Below, in pieces: positions 19,236 to 28,932 of a stretch of DNA of 64,000 nucleotides. A program made the position numbers and the translations under genes. The stretch's first letter is position 1, and each line of letters begins with the position of its first letter. The notes under the pieces are model-generated. The model was not told the DNA's origin. It did not search any database and saw only the letters and a program-made list of their open reading frames with translations. The DNA comes from an uncultured Gammaproteobacteria bacterium (GTDB taxonomy: Bacteria; Patescibacteriota; Microgenomatia; Levybacterales; GWA1-39-11): positions 198,637-262,636 of the forward strand of contig CAYPEN010000001.1 of the NCBI GenBank assembly GCA_964409875.1, written 5' to 3'.

Positions 19236-19856
19236 TTAATTTTTTGTGACGGAGTAGACTTTGACTCCGTTATCAAAAAGTACGGTCACACAGTCCCCTA
19301 TGTGATAGTTATTTTTGTCAGGCAAGTCTTTGAACCAAAATCCCGGCATCCAAAGCCCCGGCCCCTTTTCCCCGCCGCCGTAGGACAATTGCCATGAACC
19401 TTCATCCATCTTTACAATCCTGCCTGAAACTTGCGCGATGTGGCCTGAAGAGCTTTTGATAGAGTCGGGAGGAAGGTAGAGTATGGAGTCGACGGTCATT
19501 TTTGAAATATTGTCATTAAGCGTCAGAATTTCTGTGTTGCGTGTTGTGTCCCCCAATTCATTTTTGGCTATGGAATTGATGGTGTCTCCCTCTTTTAAGA
19601 TGTAGCTTTTTAGATACTCTTTTTTTTCCGATGCTCCTGTTTTTTCGCACGCGCTTGTCAGGTCTACTTGGGTAGTAGGGATAGCGGTTGGAAGCGTGTT
19701 GTCTGAGAGTACGTTTTTTTGCGGTTGGTCAATTTCAGAAGCTTTTTGGGATACGGTGTTGCGGCCAATGAAAAAACAAACGACACCTGTTATCAACAAC
19801 GCAAGAAGCCAGAGGGAAGTTGAGGCTACATTTGAATTGGTTTCCTGCCCGTCCAT
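19236..19856 (-). CDS. membrane-anchored LysM domain protein
   Basis: TM helix; YILKEGDTINSIA..LG..EILTLN..LYLP. Confidence 0.8.
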   Translation of the reverse strand: MDGQETNSNVASTSLWLLALLITGVVCFFIGRNTVSQKASEIDQPQKNVLSDNTLPTAIPTTQVDLTSACEKTGASEKKEYLKSYILKEGDTINSIAKNELGDTTRNTEILTLNDNISKMTVDSILYLPPDSIKSSSGHIAQVSGRIVKMDEGSWQLSYGGGEKGPGLWMPGFWFKDLPDKNNYHIGDCVTVLFDNGVKVYSVTKN

Positions 19857-19897
19857 ATGACACTAGTATTCAAAATGAAGTGAATTTTGTCAAGAGA

Positions 19898-20398
19898 TTA
19901 TGCAGCTTTTGGAAGAAGAACGGGAATAGGTGCGGCAATTGATTCTGCCGGAAATGTAGTTTCTTTTTGGCTCAAAAGCGTTAACTCAACGCCCGGAAAA
20001 AGAATTTCAGGGTCTGCTGCAAAGTGCGAGTAAGAAAGAGTGGACGCGTATTCGCGGGAATAAAGCTCGGTTAATTCCGTTTCCTCATGCGTTTCGTTGT
20101 CCCATGAGCGGGAAATTTTTCCGCCAAGAGATGCGAGTGGACCGTCTTTCTTATAGCTTCTGACATAAGTCCTGACTGCTATTTTTTCGCTCCCGTCGGC
20201 AAATAGCACTACGCTGTCGGCAACCCGCCCCACAACTTGTCTTGTGACCGGTCTTGAGGTAGTACCGATATTGGCCCAACCAACGACAGTATTTTCAGGC
20301 TTAAACCCGTCGTTTACGTACCAAATTGTCTTTCCTTCTTCCTCAAGCGGTGTAAATTTAGAAATAACTTCTTCCTGCACCGGGCAGAATTCATGCAT
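19898..20398 (-). CDS. hypothetical protein
   Basis: 166-aa ORF. Confidence 0.55.
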   Translation of the reverse strand: MHEFCPVQEEVISKFTPLEEEGKTIWYVNDGFKPENTVVGWANIGTTSRPVTRQVVGRVADSVVLFADGSEKIAVRTYVRSYKKDGPLASLGGKISRSWDNETHEETELTELYSREYASTLSYSHFAADPEILFPGVELTLLSQKETTFPAESIAAPIPVLLPKAA

Positions 20399-20489
20399 AG
20401 ACGACTATATTAGACCTATATTAAGGTTTTCACAGTGATTATAGTCACATTTTTCACGCACATCTTGACATAATTTGGACAGTTTGGGC

Positions 20490-21713
20490 TCATTTATTCA
20501 CAAAAAGAATAGCGTTAGGGATATTTCTGCCCGGACCCGCCTTGTATCCGCCTCCTGCCCACAGAGCGGTTGAGCCACCCGAGTCCAAATTAAGCGCGTT
20601 TTCCATACCCATGTTTTGCAGGACCAACGCGCTTTGCGCAACCGTCACGCCATGCACGACACCAATGTAGACGGTGTTTCCCTTGTTAGCGACAAAGCTT
20701 CTATTTCCTACGCTTCCTTTCTTGGGGTCACCGTCCCCACCAAAAACAGAATTTCCGCCCGACACAAGAAGCGGTTGGTTAGCAAGTACCCCGTCAACTC
20801 CCGTATCCCTTCCCCAGCCGCTTGAGTTGCCGATGAACCTCACCCACCCATTCCCAAAAACGGCAACCGGAACGGTGGAGTAGGCGTTGTTATCTGAATT
20901 GAAATAGTGCTTTTTTGTATTCATAGCTAACGTGTCAAAAGAATTGGTTTTGCCCGCGCAGGAAGGGTACTCAGCGGGACAAAAGTACGAGCCGTTAACA
21001 CCCGCATATGCGCCATTTCTCGCAACATATGTACCCAGAGGAAGGGTGGGGCAATTATCATGGCAATCATCATCAGAGGCAGTATCGACGATAACTTTTG
21101 TAGAGGAAAGATTGCCCGCAACAACGTCGACCAAGTACGTAGAGTCGCCCACTTTGACTTGCTGGCGCGAGAATCCTGAGCCCGGAGGAGCGTTGTTGAC
21201 AGGGACATTTGATAGGTCAATTCCACCGGCCAGAGCCAGAGCTGCCGAGTTGGCCTTGTCGATATCCGAATTAAGCATTGCAATTTCCGCGCTTCCCGAA
21301 GCATAATTTTTGTCAGAGAGGTATTTGATAACTTTGGCAAACCTTTTTCTGTACGCAGGCAAATCCTTGTTGGTAGCGGGAAGGTCGGCCATTTTTTCGT
21401 ACAAGAGAACCGATGCGTCGTAGCTTTTTTGCACTTCTTTTATGGTTTTCTCAAGCTCGTCGTTTCTTTTTATTTGGTCGGTTTTTTTAAGAGTTTCAAA
21501 ATCCGTTTTTAATGAAGAGAGCTGTTTTGCAAGCTCAGCGTTTTTCTTTTGAGAAAGTGCAGCCTGGCGTTCACTTTGGGAGGCTTTATCAAGAAAAAAA
21601 GCGGTGAACAGTCCAAAAAGCGCAACAATTACGGTTATTGTTAAAAAAAGCTGGTGCTTTGACAGTTTTTGGAAGAGGGAGGCTGTTCGGTTTTTAAGCA
21701 CAATGAACTTCAT
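20490..21713 (-). CDS. phosphodiester glycosidase (NAGPA/DUF2233) family protein with TM and coiled coil
   Basis: AGVNGSYF, ALNLDSGGST, GRNIPNAI. Confidence 0.88.
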   Translation of the reverse strand: MKFIVLKNRTASLFQKLSKHQLFLTITVIVALFGLFTAFFLDKASQSERQAALSQKKNAELAKQLSSLKTDFETLKKTDQIKRNDELEKTIKEVQKSYDASVLLYEKMADLPATNKDLPAYRKRFAKVIKYLSDKNYASGSAEIAMLNSDIDKANSAALALAGGIDLSNVPVNNAPPGSGFSRQQVKVGDSTYLVDVVAGNLSSTKVIVDTASDDDCHDNCPTLPLGTYVARNGAYAGVNGSYFCPAEYPSCAGKTNSFDTLAMNTKKHYFNSDNNAYSTVPVAVFGNGWVRFIGNSSGWGRDTGVDGVLANQPLLVSGGNSVFGGDGDPKKGSVGNRSFVANKGNTVYIGVVHGVTVAQSALVLQNMGMENALNLDSGGSTALWAGGGYKAGPGRNIPNAILFVNK

Positions 21714-21753
21714 ATGTGGAATTATCATAGGAAGAATGGGGAGCAAATGCAAA

Positions 21754-22521
21754 TCAGGAAGCAGGCGCAATTGTATCTAAAAAGCAATCTCTTGACTGTC
21801 CGTACAATTGCACGTTGAAGGTAACAGGGACAAAAGAATCTTCCACCCGCTGCCACCTCGTATTGATAGATGGGGTTGCTTCCTCGCCGAATGAGTCAGC
21901 CAACGCAACCATAAGCCCCATATTTTGAGAGTTAAACCGCAAAAAGTCATCCCTTCTCCATGTATAGGTTGCGCCCCGGCCATCATAGAGCCCCTTCAGA
22001 AAATAGGGGTCTGAAAGAAGGTAGGTGTACGCGGACGGGTCCGGGTATTCTTTGTAACCATTGATGTATTCGCTGAATTTCTCGGCAATTGCAAGCTTTG
22101 TATTAAGCGGCGCGCCATTACAGACAGTTTCCATGAGATCTACCTGCGGGGAGCGGAATGGCATGTAGGGCTTGCTTTGCTCGAGAATGTGCAGTGCGTT
22201 TTTACCCTGAGCAAGCCAGCGCCATGACTGTTCTGTTTTAAGAGGAAAAGCCATTCCCCCGAACCGTTCTGCCATTTTAAGAATTGTTTTTTCATTGCTA
22301 TCATTAAAATAAGCCTTTGGACGGACATTTATGTAATTGGGCCGGTCTTTTTTCGTTTCGGGGCGAATGGAAATTCCTCCTCCTATTTCAAAAACACCAG
22401 CCAAATACTTGGCATCTTCGTCTGAAATTTCCTTGCATTCAGGTATAAAGTATTCCTCTGCAAAGCCGTTATTATGATAAATTCCAGGCCTTTCTCCCAT
22501 GGTTGGCATTATACCACTCAA
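21754..22521 (-). CDS. free-standing two-motif LAGLIDADG-like protein, degenerate
   Basis: YLAGVFEIGGGISI and FLKGLYDGRGA; start uncertain (22500-22521). Confidence 0.65.
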   Translation of the reverse strand: MSGIMPTMGERPGIYHNNGFAEEYFIPECKEISDEDAKYLAGVFEIGGGISIRPETKKDRPNYINVRPKAYFNDSNEKTILKMAERFGGMAFPLKTEQSWRWLAQGKNALHILEQSKPYMPFRSPQVDLMETVCNGAPLNTKLAIAEKFSEYINGYKEYPDPSAYTYLLSDPYFLKGLYDGRGATYTWRRDDFLRFNSQNMGLMVALADSFGEEATPSINTRWQRVEDSFVPVTFNVQLYGQSRDCFLDTIAPAS

Positions 22522-22551
22522 ATATATTGCATAAAATGCTATACTTTTTTT

Positions 22552-24123
22552 ATGGATGATATGTCAGCCGAAAATGCCGCTCCAACACCCATGGAGCAAT
22601 TAACAACCAAAATAGGTAAGTACGACAAAGCAATAGGGATGGTTGCCGAACTTCACGACTGGACACTGGGAACAGAGAAGGGGCCAGCCCAATACGATTT
22701 GTCGCTTATCGACCCGATAAAATTTCCAGAGTACCACCACCGGGCAAGCGAGGAAGTAAGACGGGTGAAGCTGCAGCTTGCGAATAAGACATACGAAAAA
22801 CTTGTGGAGCAGCGTGATGCGCTTTCGGATTTACATGGAAGAGCGACTTTAGCTGAGGAGGGGTTTAGAAAAGCTGAAGAGGAATATCTTACCAGCCAAG
22901 GAACACCCGATGATGACAGGAAATTTCAGGAAGCATATCAAAGGCTGCAGCTGGCAAAAGAAGAAATTGCTGCCGTTTTTCAAGGGGGGGATAGAAAGAA
23001 AGAAAATCTGGAGCAAAATGAGATGACTTCCGAAAGTGAGACGCCCGCAAATGGACATTCTGAGGTAACTGAGCACAACCAACAACCGGTACAACAGGAA
23101 GGGGAGCAAAGTGAGAGTACTACCGGTGGTACAGAGAGAGAAAATGAGACAGGACAAGAAATTGTAGTGCGGCAAGAAGGGGGAAGTTTGACTGTTCTGC
23201 CTGCAAAAATTGCGCTTGAGGAGAGTGAAGTACGGCATTTAGAATGGGTTGCAAAAGTAGAATTGAGTAGAGTTCCGGCAGTAAGGCAGCTTGATGATTT
23301 GGCTCTGAAAATAGCAGAAATCAGAACGGGGCAAAGACCTTTGCCTTCTTTGGGAGACTTTGTTGAGGCTAACACAAAACTTGATGGCCCGAGAAGGCGT
23401 ACGCTTGTTGCGGCCGCTTTGGAGGGACTTATCGCTACCCAAATTCTCCTTCCTGATGGAAGCATAAACCCACGAAAAGGGCTTCCCATGATACTCGCAA
23501 AAGACATGAATATGCTTATTGCCATGACCAGCCCAAAAATTGTTGCCGATGCAATAAGTGAGATGCCCAGTGTGGAGAAAGGGCTCCTTTGTGCTTCTCT
23601 GTCTGTTGCCATGAAGGAGAAGGTGGGAATTCCTGATTTGGACTTTTGTGATGCTGAGGACGCAGCTTCATATCTGACGAATGCTATGTATGATGTTCTC
23701 AAGCCTGCACGCGACAGGCGGATACGGGCCCAGCAGCGAAGAGTAGCCCAAAACGATATTGAAAGGGCAGATGTTACCTGGCAAGAGCCGTATCACGGAA
23801 GAGAGACGACCCTTCCCGTTGAAGTTGAGGAATTGTTGACCGTTATTATGGAACGGGATCAACGGGATATTGGTTTTGCACAGAGTGTCATCGAGGAGAT
23901 GCTGACGCAAAATAGAGAAAAAGGGAAGAGCCAAAACCAGGAGAATCAAGCGGGTATTCTCAACCATCTTTTGGAAGAGCTGGTGGATTATTGTGAGGAT
24001 GTGGATCTGCTGGGGGAGTTGCAAGATTTCTTTTCTTCCCATCCTGCAACTTCAAAATACAACAGGATGATCTCAAGAAGGGTAGATTTTGATAGGGGAC
24101 AACAACTTGTTGAATATGTCTAA
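22552..24123 (+). CDS. large hypothetical helical protein
   Basis: Long ORF with coiled coil and acidic linker; TATACT just upstream. Confidence 0.7.
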   Translation: MDDMSAENAAPTPMEQLTTKIGKYDKAIGMVAELHDWTLGTEKGPAQYDLSLIDPIKFPEYHHRASEEVRRVKLQLANKTYEKLVEQRDALSDLHGRATLAEEGFRKAEEEYLTSQGTPDDDRKFQEAYQRLQLAKEEIAAVFQGGDRKKENLEQNEMTSESETPANGHSEVTEHNQQPVQQEGEQSESTTGGTERENETGQEIVVRQEGGSLTVLPAKIALEESEVRHLEWVAKVELSRVPAVRQLDDLALKIAEIRTGQRPLPSLGDFVEANTKLDGPRRRTLVAAALEGLIATQILLPDGSINPRKGLPMILAKDMNMLIAMTSPKIVADAISEMPSVEKGLLCASLSVAMKEKVGIPDLDFCDAEDAASYLTNAMYDVLKPARDRRIRAQQRRVAQNDIERADVTWQEPYHGRETTLPVEVEELLTVIMERDQRDIGFAQSVIEEMLTQNREKGKSQNQENQAGILNHLLEELVDYCEDVDLLGELQDFFSSHPATSKYNRMISRRVDFDRGQQLVEYV

Positions 24124-26740
24124 TCCGGAAATCCCACAAGACGTTCCTGGGGCAGGTCTTGTCCCGGTTTCACAAGAACAAACTCCGTTGTTTGATTTGA
24201 CTCCAAAACACAAAGAAACGCTTGAGCAGATGACAGTTTCTTATATGCAGCGGAGTAAAATCCCTTTTGATACAGACGGGCTTGCACTTGGAAAAGAAAT
24301 TGTTGCTGATGCGCTCAGCCGCGGTATGGAAGCAAATGGAGTTACGGGCGTTGCGGCAAATACAAATCTGCGCTCACTTGTAAAAGAGGGGATGGAACAA
24401 AGAGCTCAAGTGGCTTCCCATGCAACCCGGGTATACAGGGAGAACCAAAATGAAGTTAGGTCGGGGGATGACAGATGTATTGGCCCTTACGCACTCCCGG
24501 CCAGACAATTGTCGCGAGTTGGCAGAGAAGTTGCCCGTCCTGCTACTTCAAAGCTTGTTGAGTCTAAAAAGCTGAGTGAACTTGAGGAAAAAAGGCGGGA
24601 GCTGCTTCCTCATCTGGCTCACGCAATTGTTTCAGGTTTACCGAAAGACCAATTCCCTGATGTATCTCTTGATATGTTCCCTGATCCTTCCTCTCAGGCA
24701 AAACTTGTGAGAAATTCAATTGTTTCTATGTGGTTCAGAGGAAATCCTTTACCGCTCCTTCAAATACAGGATTTGCAACAATTTACCAACCTAGCACAAG
24801 AGGCGTTAGATATGCGAATACTTGCTCCGCTTGTTGAGGTGGTTGCAGCGTCAAAAGGAGAAGACCCGCTTCCAATTGCCGAGTATATACGTGATTTGGG
24901 TGTGCAAGTAAGTGATCTTTTCCAAAAAGCACGGGACCGCTTCAGCCCAAATGAGTTAACAGATAGGAATTCGCCCAATTTTAGGGATATAGTCTACAAT
25001 TTTTTTGACAGAAAACTTCTTCTACTGCATCCGGCACTTGAAGAGCAGGAATTGGTTGTCGATGGTAAACGTTATGGTGAAAGTGATTATTCGCTGTGGG
25101 GTCCTCAGTGGAGCGTTGATATGGGAGGGGTGAGAGTACCAAATGAGGAGATTTTGGAAAGAGCCAGACGCATTGCCATTGCCCAGGGGAGAAACGGGAC
25201 ACGTTTTCAAGAAGGTATTAACATATGGACCACTTTGAAAAGAGGGGAAGAAAGGACCGAAAAAAGGAAAGAGGCATTATCGCATTTACTGCAAGGGACA
25301 GAAGAAACACTTGCAGCAGCCGGTATTGAGACAATGCCTGTTTCTGAATTCGATAACACACTTGCAACAAATGTCAGAAAAGCTGAAGATTACAAATGGA
25401 AGCGGGGAGTATATAGGGAGGATAGGCGCATATTACGCAGAGGCGATGAAAATCTACAAAAGATACGGGAGCTTGATGAAGAATTGAGACGAGAGAATGG
25501 TGGAAAGTTGCCGGATGAGATGGTTCTGCCGTGGTCATTAAGCGCTGAAGATTCAAAAAAAAGGATACATACGGTGCTTCTTGCTGCTCAGCGCCGCGCA
25601 GAGTTTGAGGCACAAGAGACCTTCATGCGTGATTTTTTCTCACGTGAGATTCCAGTTTTGGACAGGGAGGAAGTGTATGACTTTCCGGTGATGGATACCC
25701 CAACGGTAGAGCGGATGTTGGACAAGCTCAAGCAAGACCAAGGTCTTATAGAGTCACACCGAGGAGGTATTATTCCTGCCGACATTGAGATAGGGGAAGT
25801 GGGAAGGTATATAGATATTACAGTAAGGAATTTACGGTCCGAAGTTGAATACATGAGTAGACACACAACGCACAAGGAAAGACATGGTACAAGCAAGGAA
25901 AAGAGAAGACTGGATGATTTTGTTGGACTGCAACAATCATTGGCTGGCGTCATGAAAGTTGCATCAGGGATGACAGGGATTCCCAAACTTTTTTATGCAT
26001 ATTCCCTAGCTTCACGTATCTCCTCTTTGGAAAAAATTATTGCTGCGCGGACAAAAAGGGAGGATATGGAGGGAAAAGATATTAGCCAGAAAAAAATGGG
26101 GAAAGCGGAATTTGAAATGAATGTAAAAGTTGCGCATATTGAGGCTCCAAAAATTGAAACCCCAGAAGAAGAAACGGTGCTCTTACATCATTTACACGAA
26201 TGGAAAGATGTAAGAGCTATATCTCATCGACTCAGACGTTTTCCATTCCCAACAAGCATCAATTCAAAAGAAGAATTGATACAATGGGCTGGGAAGATGC
26301 TTCATGAGCTTCCTGGGCTTCCCCTTTCTTTCCCAAGGGTTTCTCGTGACTATGCACCATCTGAGTTCCAAGAAATGAATAGGAAAAATCAGAAAGATGC
26401 TTTGACAAGTCTCATCACCATCGCAAATAGCCCCTTATTCCCTTCGGACGAATTACTAAAAGGGTTGAAGCCCAGGGTTCTTTTGAGTGCGCTGAGTAAC
26501 CGGTATGCGTACATGAAAGCGCGTGCAGAGCTTGAGGTAGATGAAAAAAATTATAAAGAGCTGCATGAGGAGCTCCAGAGTATTGCCCTTGAAAGGTATA
26601 GACTTCATTTGGGGCAGCAGCGGGATAACTATGCACGGCAACGGAAAGAGATTGAGGATAGGGATCTTAAAAAGGAATTCATCTCATCGATGAGGACTCT
26701 TGATCTTGCAATTGATATACCGCAACAGGAACAGAGCTAG
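24116..26740 (+). CDS. large hypothetical protein
   Basis: ~875-aa ORF overlapping the upstream stop. Confidence 0.75.
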   Translation: MSNPEIPQDVPGAGLVPVSQEQTPLFDLTPKHKETLEQMTVSYMQRSKIPFDTDGLALGKEIVADALSRGMEANGVTGVAANTNLRSLVKEGMEQRAQVASHATRVYRENQNEVRSGDDRCIGPYALPARQLSRVGREVARPATSKLVESKKLSELEEKRRELLPHLAHAIVSGLPKDQFPDVSLDMFPDPSSQAKLVRNSIVSMWFRGNPLPLLQIQDLQQFTNLAQEALDMRILAPLVEVVAASKGEDPLPIAEYIRDLGVQVSDLFQKARDRFSPNELTDRNSPNFRDIVYNFFDRKLLLLHPALEEQELVVDGKRYGESDYSLWGPQWSVDMGGVRVPNEEILERARRIAIAQGRNGTRFQEGINIWTTLKRGEERTEKRKEALSHLLQGTEETLAAAGIETMPVSEFDNTLATNVRKAEDYKWKRGVYREDRRILRRGDENLQKIRELDEELRRENGGKLPDEMVLPWSLSAEDSKKRIHTVLLAAQRRAEFEAQETFMRDFFSREIPVLDREEVYDFPVMDTPTVERMLDKLKQDQGLIESHRGGIIPADIEIGEVGRYIDITVRNLRSEVEYMSRHTTHKERHGTSKEKRRLDDFVGLQQSLAGVMKVASGMTGIPKLFYAYSLASRISSLEKIIAARTKREDMEGKDISQKKMGKAEFEMNVKVAHIEAPKIETPEEETVLLHHLHEWKDVRAISHRLRRFPFPTSINSKEELIQWAGKMLHELPGLPLSFPRVSRDYAPSEFQEMNRKNQKDALTSLITIANSPLFPSDELLKGLKPRVLLSALSNRYAYMKARAELEVDEKNYKELHEELQSIALERYRLHLGQQRDNYARQRKEIEDRDLKKEFISSMRTLDLAIDIPQQEQS

Positions 26741-27168
26741 CCACGTTTTATACTTCTTTTCGTTAGAATAGAGACGGTAAGGCTTAGTAAGTATATGACC
26801 GAGCCGTAGAAGCAAGGTGTTGCAAAGGGAGTTGAGACAATAAGTCCGGAGCAGCTTGTTGGGTTTTTGAAAAAATAAAACTTACAAAACTCGAGAGTAA
26901 AATTTCCCCAGCCAAAAATGGTTCCTGCTACAAGAAAGATTACCAAATATTTCTGGTGTCTTCTTTGTTTTTCAGGCGCTGCAAAAAAAATGAAAAGCGA
27001 GTAAAAATAGGCGAGCAAAAATCCTATCGCACCGTAAAAACAGGGAGTAGTCAACGGGTTTACGCCTTGGTTATTTGAAAACCGTAAAAAATCTGAGGCT
27101 ACCGTTGTCCATGCAAAGAGTACGCCGCCAAACAGAATCAGGCTTTGTATAGCAAAAAGCTTTCTCAT
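26737..27168 (-). CDS. four-TM membrane protein with two TPCFYG motifs
   Basis: Internal duplication; conserved cysteines. Confidence 0.7.
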   Translation of the reverse strand: MRKLFAIQSLILFGGVLFAWTTVASDFLRFSNNQGVNPLTTPCFYGAIGFLLAYFYSLFIFFAAPEKQRRHQKYLVIFLVAGTIFGWGNFTLEFCKFYFFKNPTSCSGLIVSTPFATPCFYGSVIYLLSLTVSILTKRSIKRG

Positions 27169-27218
27169 ACTTCAAGAATACCAGGCATGGTGGGTTTTCG
27201 TATGTGACCTGGGTCATC

Positions 27219-27722
27219 CTAGAAAGAAACGGGGACAGAGTGCTTTTGCGGATTTTCTTTGCCGCTGGGATTCTCTTCCGTTATGGTAAGGGTTCCTCCT
27301 GAAGTTGTCGGTTTTGACAGAGTAATAGTTGCTGTGTAAGTAACCGGGTTTGGCGTAGTCCATTCCTGGGCAGTTTTCAAAACACCCTGACCTACCACTT
27401 TTCCTAGCCCGTCGGTTATGGTGACAGTTCCTGCTTGTGCTTCAAAAACCGTCCAATGGCACTCACCACGGTTATCAACCACAACCCTAACGGTTAGGGG
27501 CGTTATAACTTTTGAATTATCCCGTGGAGAAAGGACAGAAATTGCAGAGCATTTTACGGCTATTTTTGTAGTAGGGATAGGCCGCTCGTTGGTACGTGTG
27601 GGAGTAGGTCCTGAAGTGGGAGTAACTTCTGTTGTTTTTTTGCTTTGCTTTGAGGCAAAGAAGAGCAAAACCGGGAGGATGACAACGAGAAGGACAATGA
27701 TACTAATGATTACTTTTTTCAC
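27219..27722 (-). CDS. membrane-anchored Gmad2-like Ig domain protein
   Basis: N-terminal TM; WTVFEAQ and EENPSG motifs. Confidence 0.65.
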   Translation of the reverse strand: MKKVIISIIVLLVVILPVLLFFASKQSKKTTEVTPTSGPTPTRTNERPIPTTKIAVKCSAISVLSPRDNSKVITPLTVRVVVDNRGECHWTVFEAQAGTVTITDGLGKVVGQGVLKTAQEWTTPNPVTYTATITLSKPTTSGGTLTITEENPSGKENPQKHSVPVSF

Positions 27723-27726
27723 ATCT

Positions 27727-28932
27727 CTATTGGAAACCGAATTTTATGAAAGTACATGACCTTTCCAAAATCTTAGTCGGCCTGAAGGTCCCAAGCTTTA
27801 GCTGGTCGCCTTTAGACTGAGGTTTTGGGGTAGCAGTTGGGGACTCAGCAACAGGGGCAGGGGTTGTTTTACTTCCGGCAAAAAGTCCTGCAAAGAAGCC
27901 GTAAATTTTATCAAGAAGTGAGGGATTTTGAGTAGATGCTCCCATCACCGCATTGTTGGTTGGGGCAAAAAGTGCGACAGCTTTTCTGGAACAGTTCAGT
28001 TTTGCTTGAATGCGGTAGGTAGCAGTTGTGTCCAGATTTGAGGCAAGTGTCAGGTCCCAGCTGGCTTTGTAGCGTGTTAGCGCCGGCTGGTCGGAAACGA
28101 CGGTTGTTGCTATGGGTTGGGATTGGTCGATGATAGTGACATTCTGGTCATTTCCTTTGTAAAGGAAGAATGTCATATTGGGAATTTTTGCGTATTTTGT
28201 GTCATCGCCCATAACTTTTCCATACGCGGTAATGGTCGATTTTTGGCCGAGCGCAAGGCTGGTGTTCTCGATACCGTCGCATTTACACATATCCTCAGAA
28301 AACGGAGGGGTTGGGGTAGGGGTAAGTGTTGGCGTTGCTGTCGGTTGAGGGGTAGCGGTAGGGGTTGCTGTTGGAGCGGCTTCACATTTTTTGCTTGCGG
28401 GGTTGCAGTAATTGCAACCGACAATATTTTGGCAGACATTTGCATTTTGAGAGCAATCCGCACCACAAACAGGCGCAGGGGTAGGGGTGGCAGTTGCCGT
28501 GGGTTGAGGTGCCTGACATATTTTTTGTCCCCCTGATGATGCCTTACAAGACGAACAATTCTGAGGACACTGTGCATCACTATTGCACGAAGCACCACAA
28601 ACAGGTTCAGGAGGATTGTTGATGGTTGGTGGTTCATACTGAGGAATTTCGATAGGGGGAATATTCGCCGGCGGTACATATGATGGGGGTGTTACTACCT
28701 CATTTCCATTCGAACAAACCCAGTGGGAAGTTCCATCAGGGTCAGTCCATTTATAAATGTTGTCTCCCGGCCCATGTCCTGTGGGATCATCAACGTGACC
28801 AACCGTTGCCGTATCTGGTATATCAATCGGTTGACCGTCATGCCCAATTACAGGGTCGATTGCAAGTGCTCTTGGAGCATGTGAGAAAAATAAAAATGAC
28901 AACAGCACTAATATTAGTATTTTTATTTTCAT
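27727..28932 (-). CDS. secreted Cys/Pro/Thr-rich surface protein
   Basis: Signal peptide, two Cys-rich modules, PTATP linkers. Confidence 0.75.
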   Translation of the reverse strand: MKIKILILVLLSFLFFSHAPRALAIDPVIGHDGQPIDIPDTATVGHVDDPTGHGPGDNIYKWTDPDGTSHWVCSNGNEVVTPPSYVPPANIPPIEIPQYEPPTINNPPEPVCGASCNSDAQCPQNCSSCKASSGGQKICQAPQPTATATPTPAPVCGADCSQNANVCQNIVGCNYCNPASKKCEAAPTATPTATPQPTATPTLTPTPTPPFSEDMCKCDGIENTSLALGQKSTITAYGKVMGDDTKYAKIPNMTFFLYKGNDQNVTIIDQSQPIATTVVSDQPALTRYKASWDLTLASNLDTTATYRIQAKLNCSRKAVALFAPTNNAVMGASTQNPSLLDKIYGFFAGLFAGSKTTPAPVAESPTATPKPQSKGDQLKLGTFRPTKILERSCTFIKFGFQ

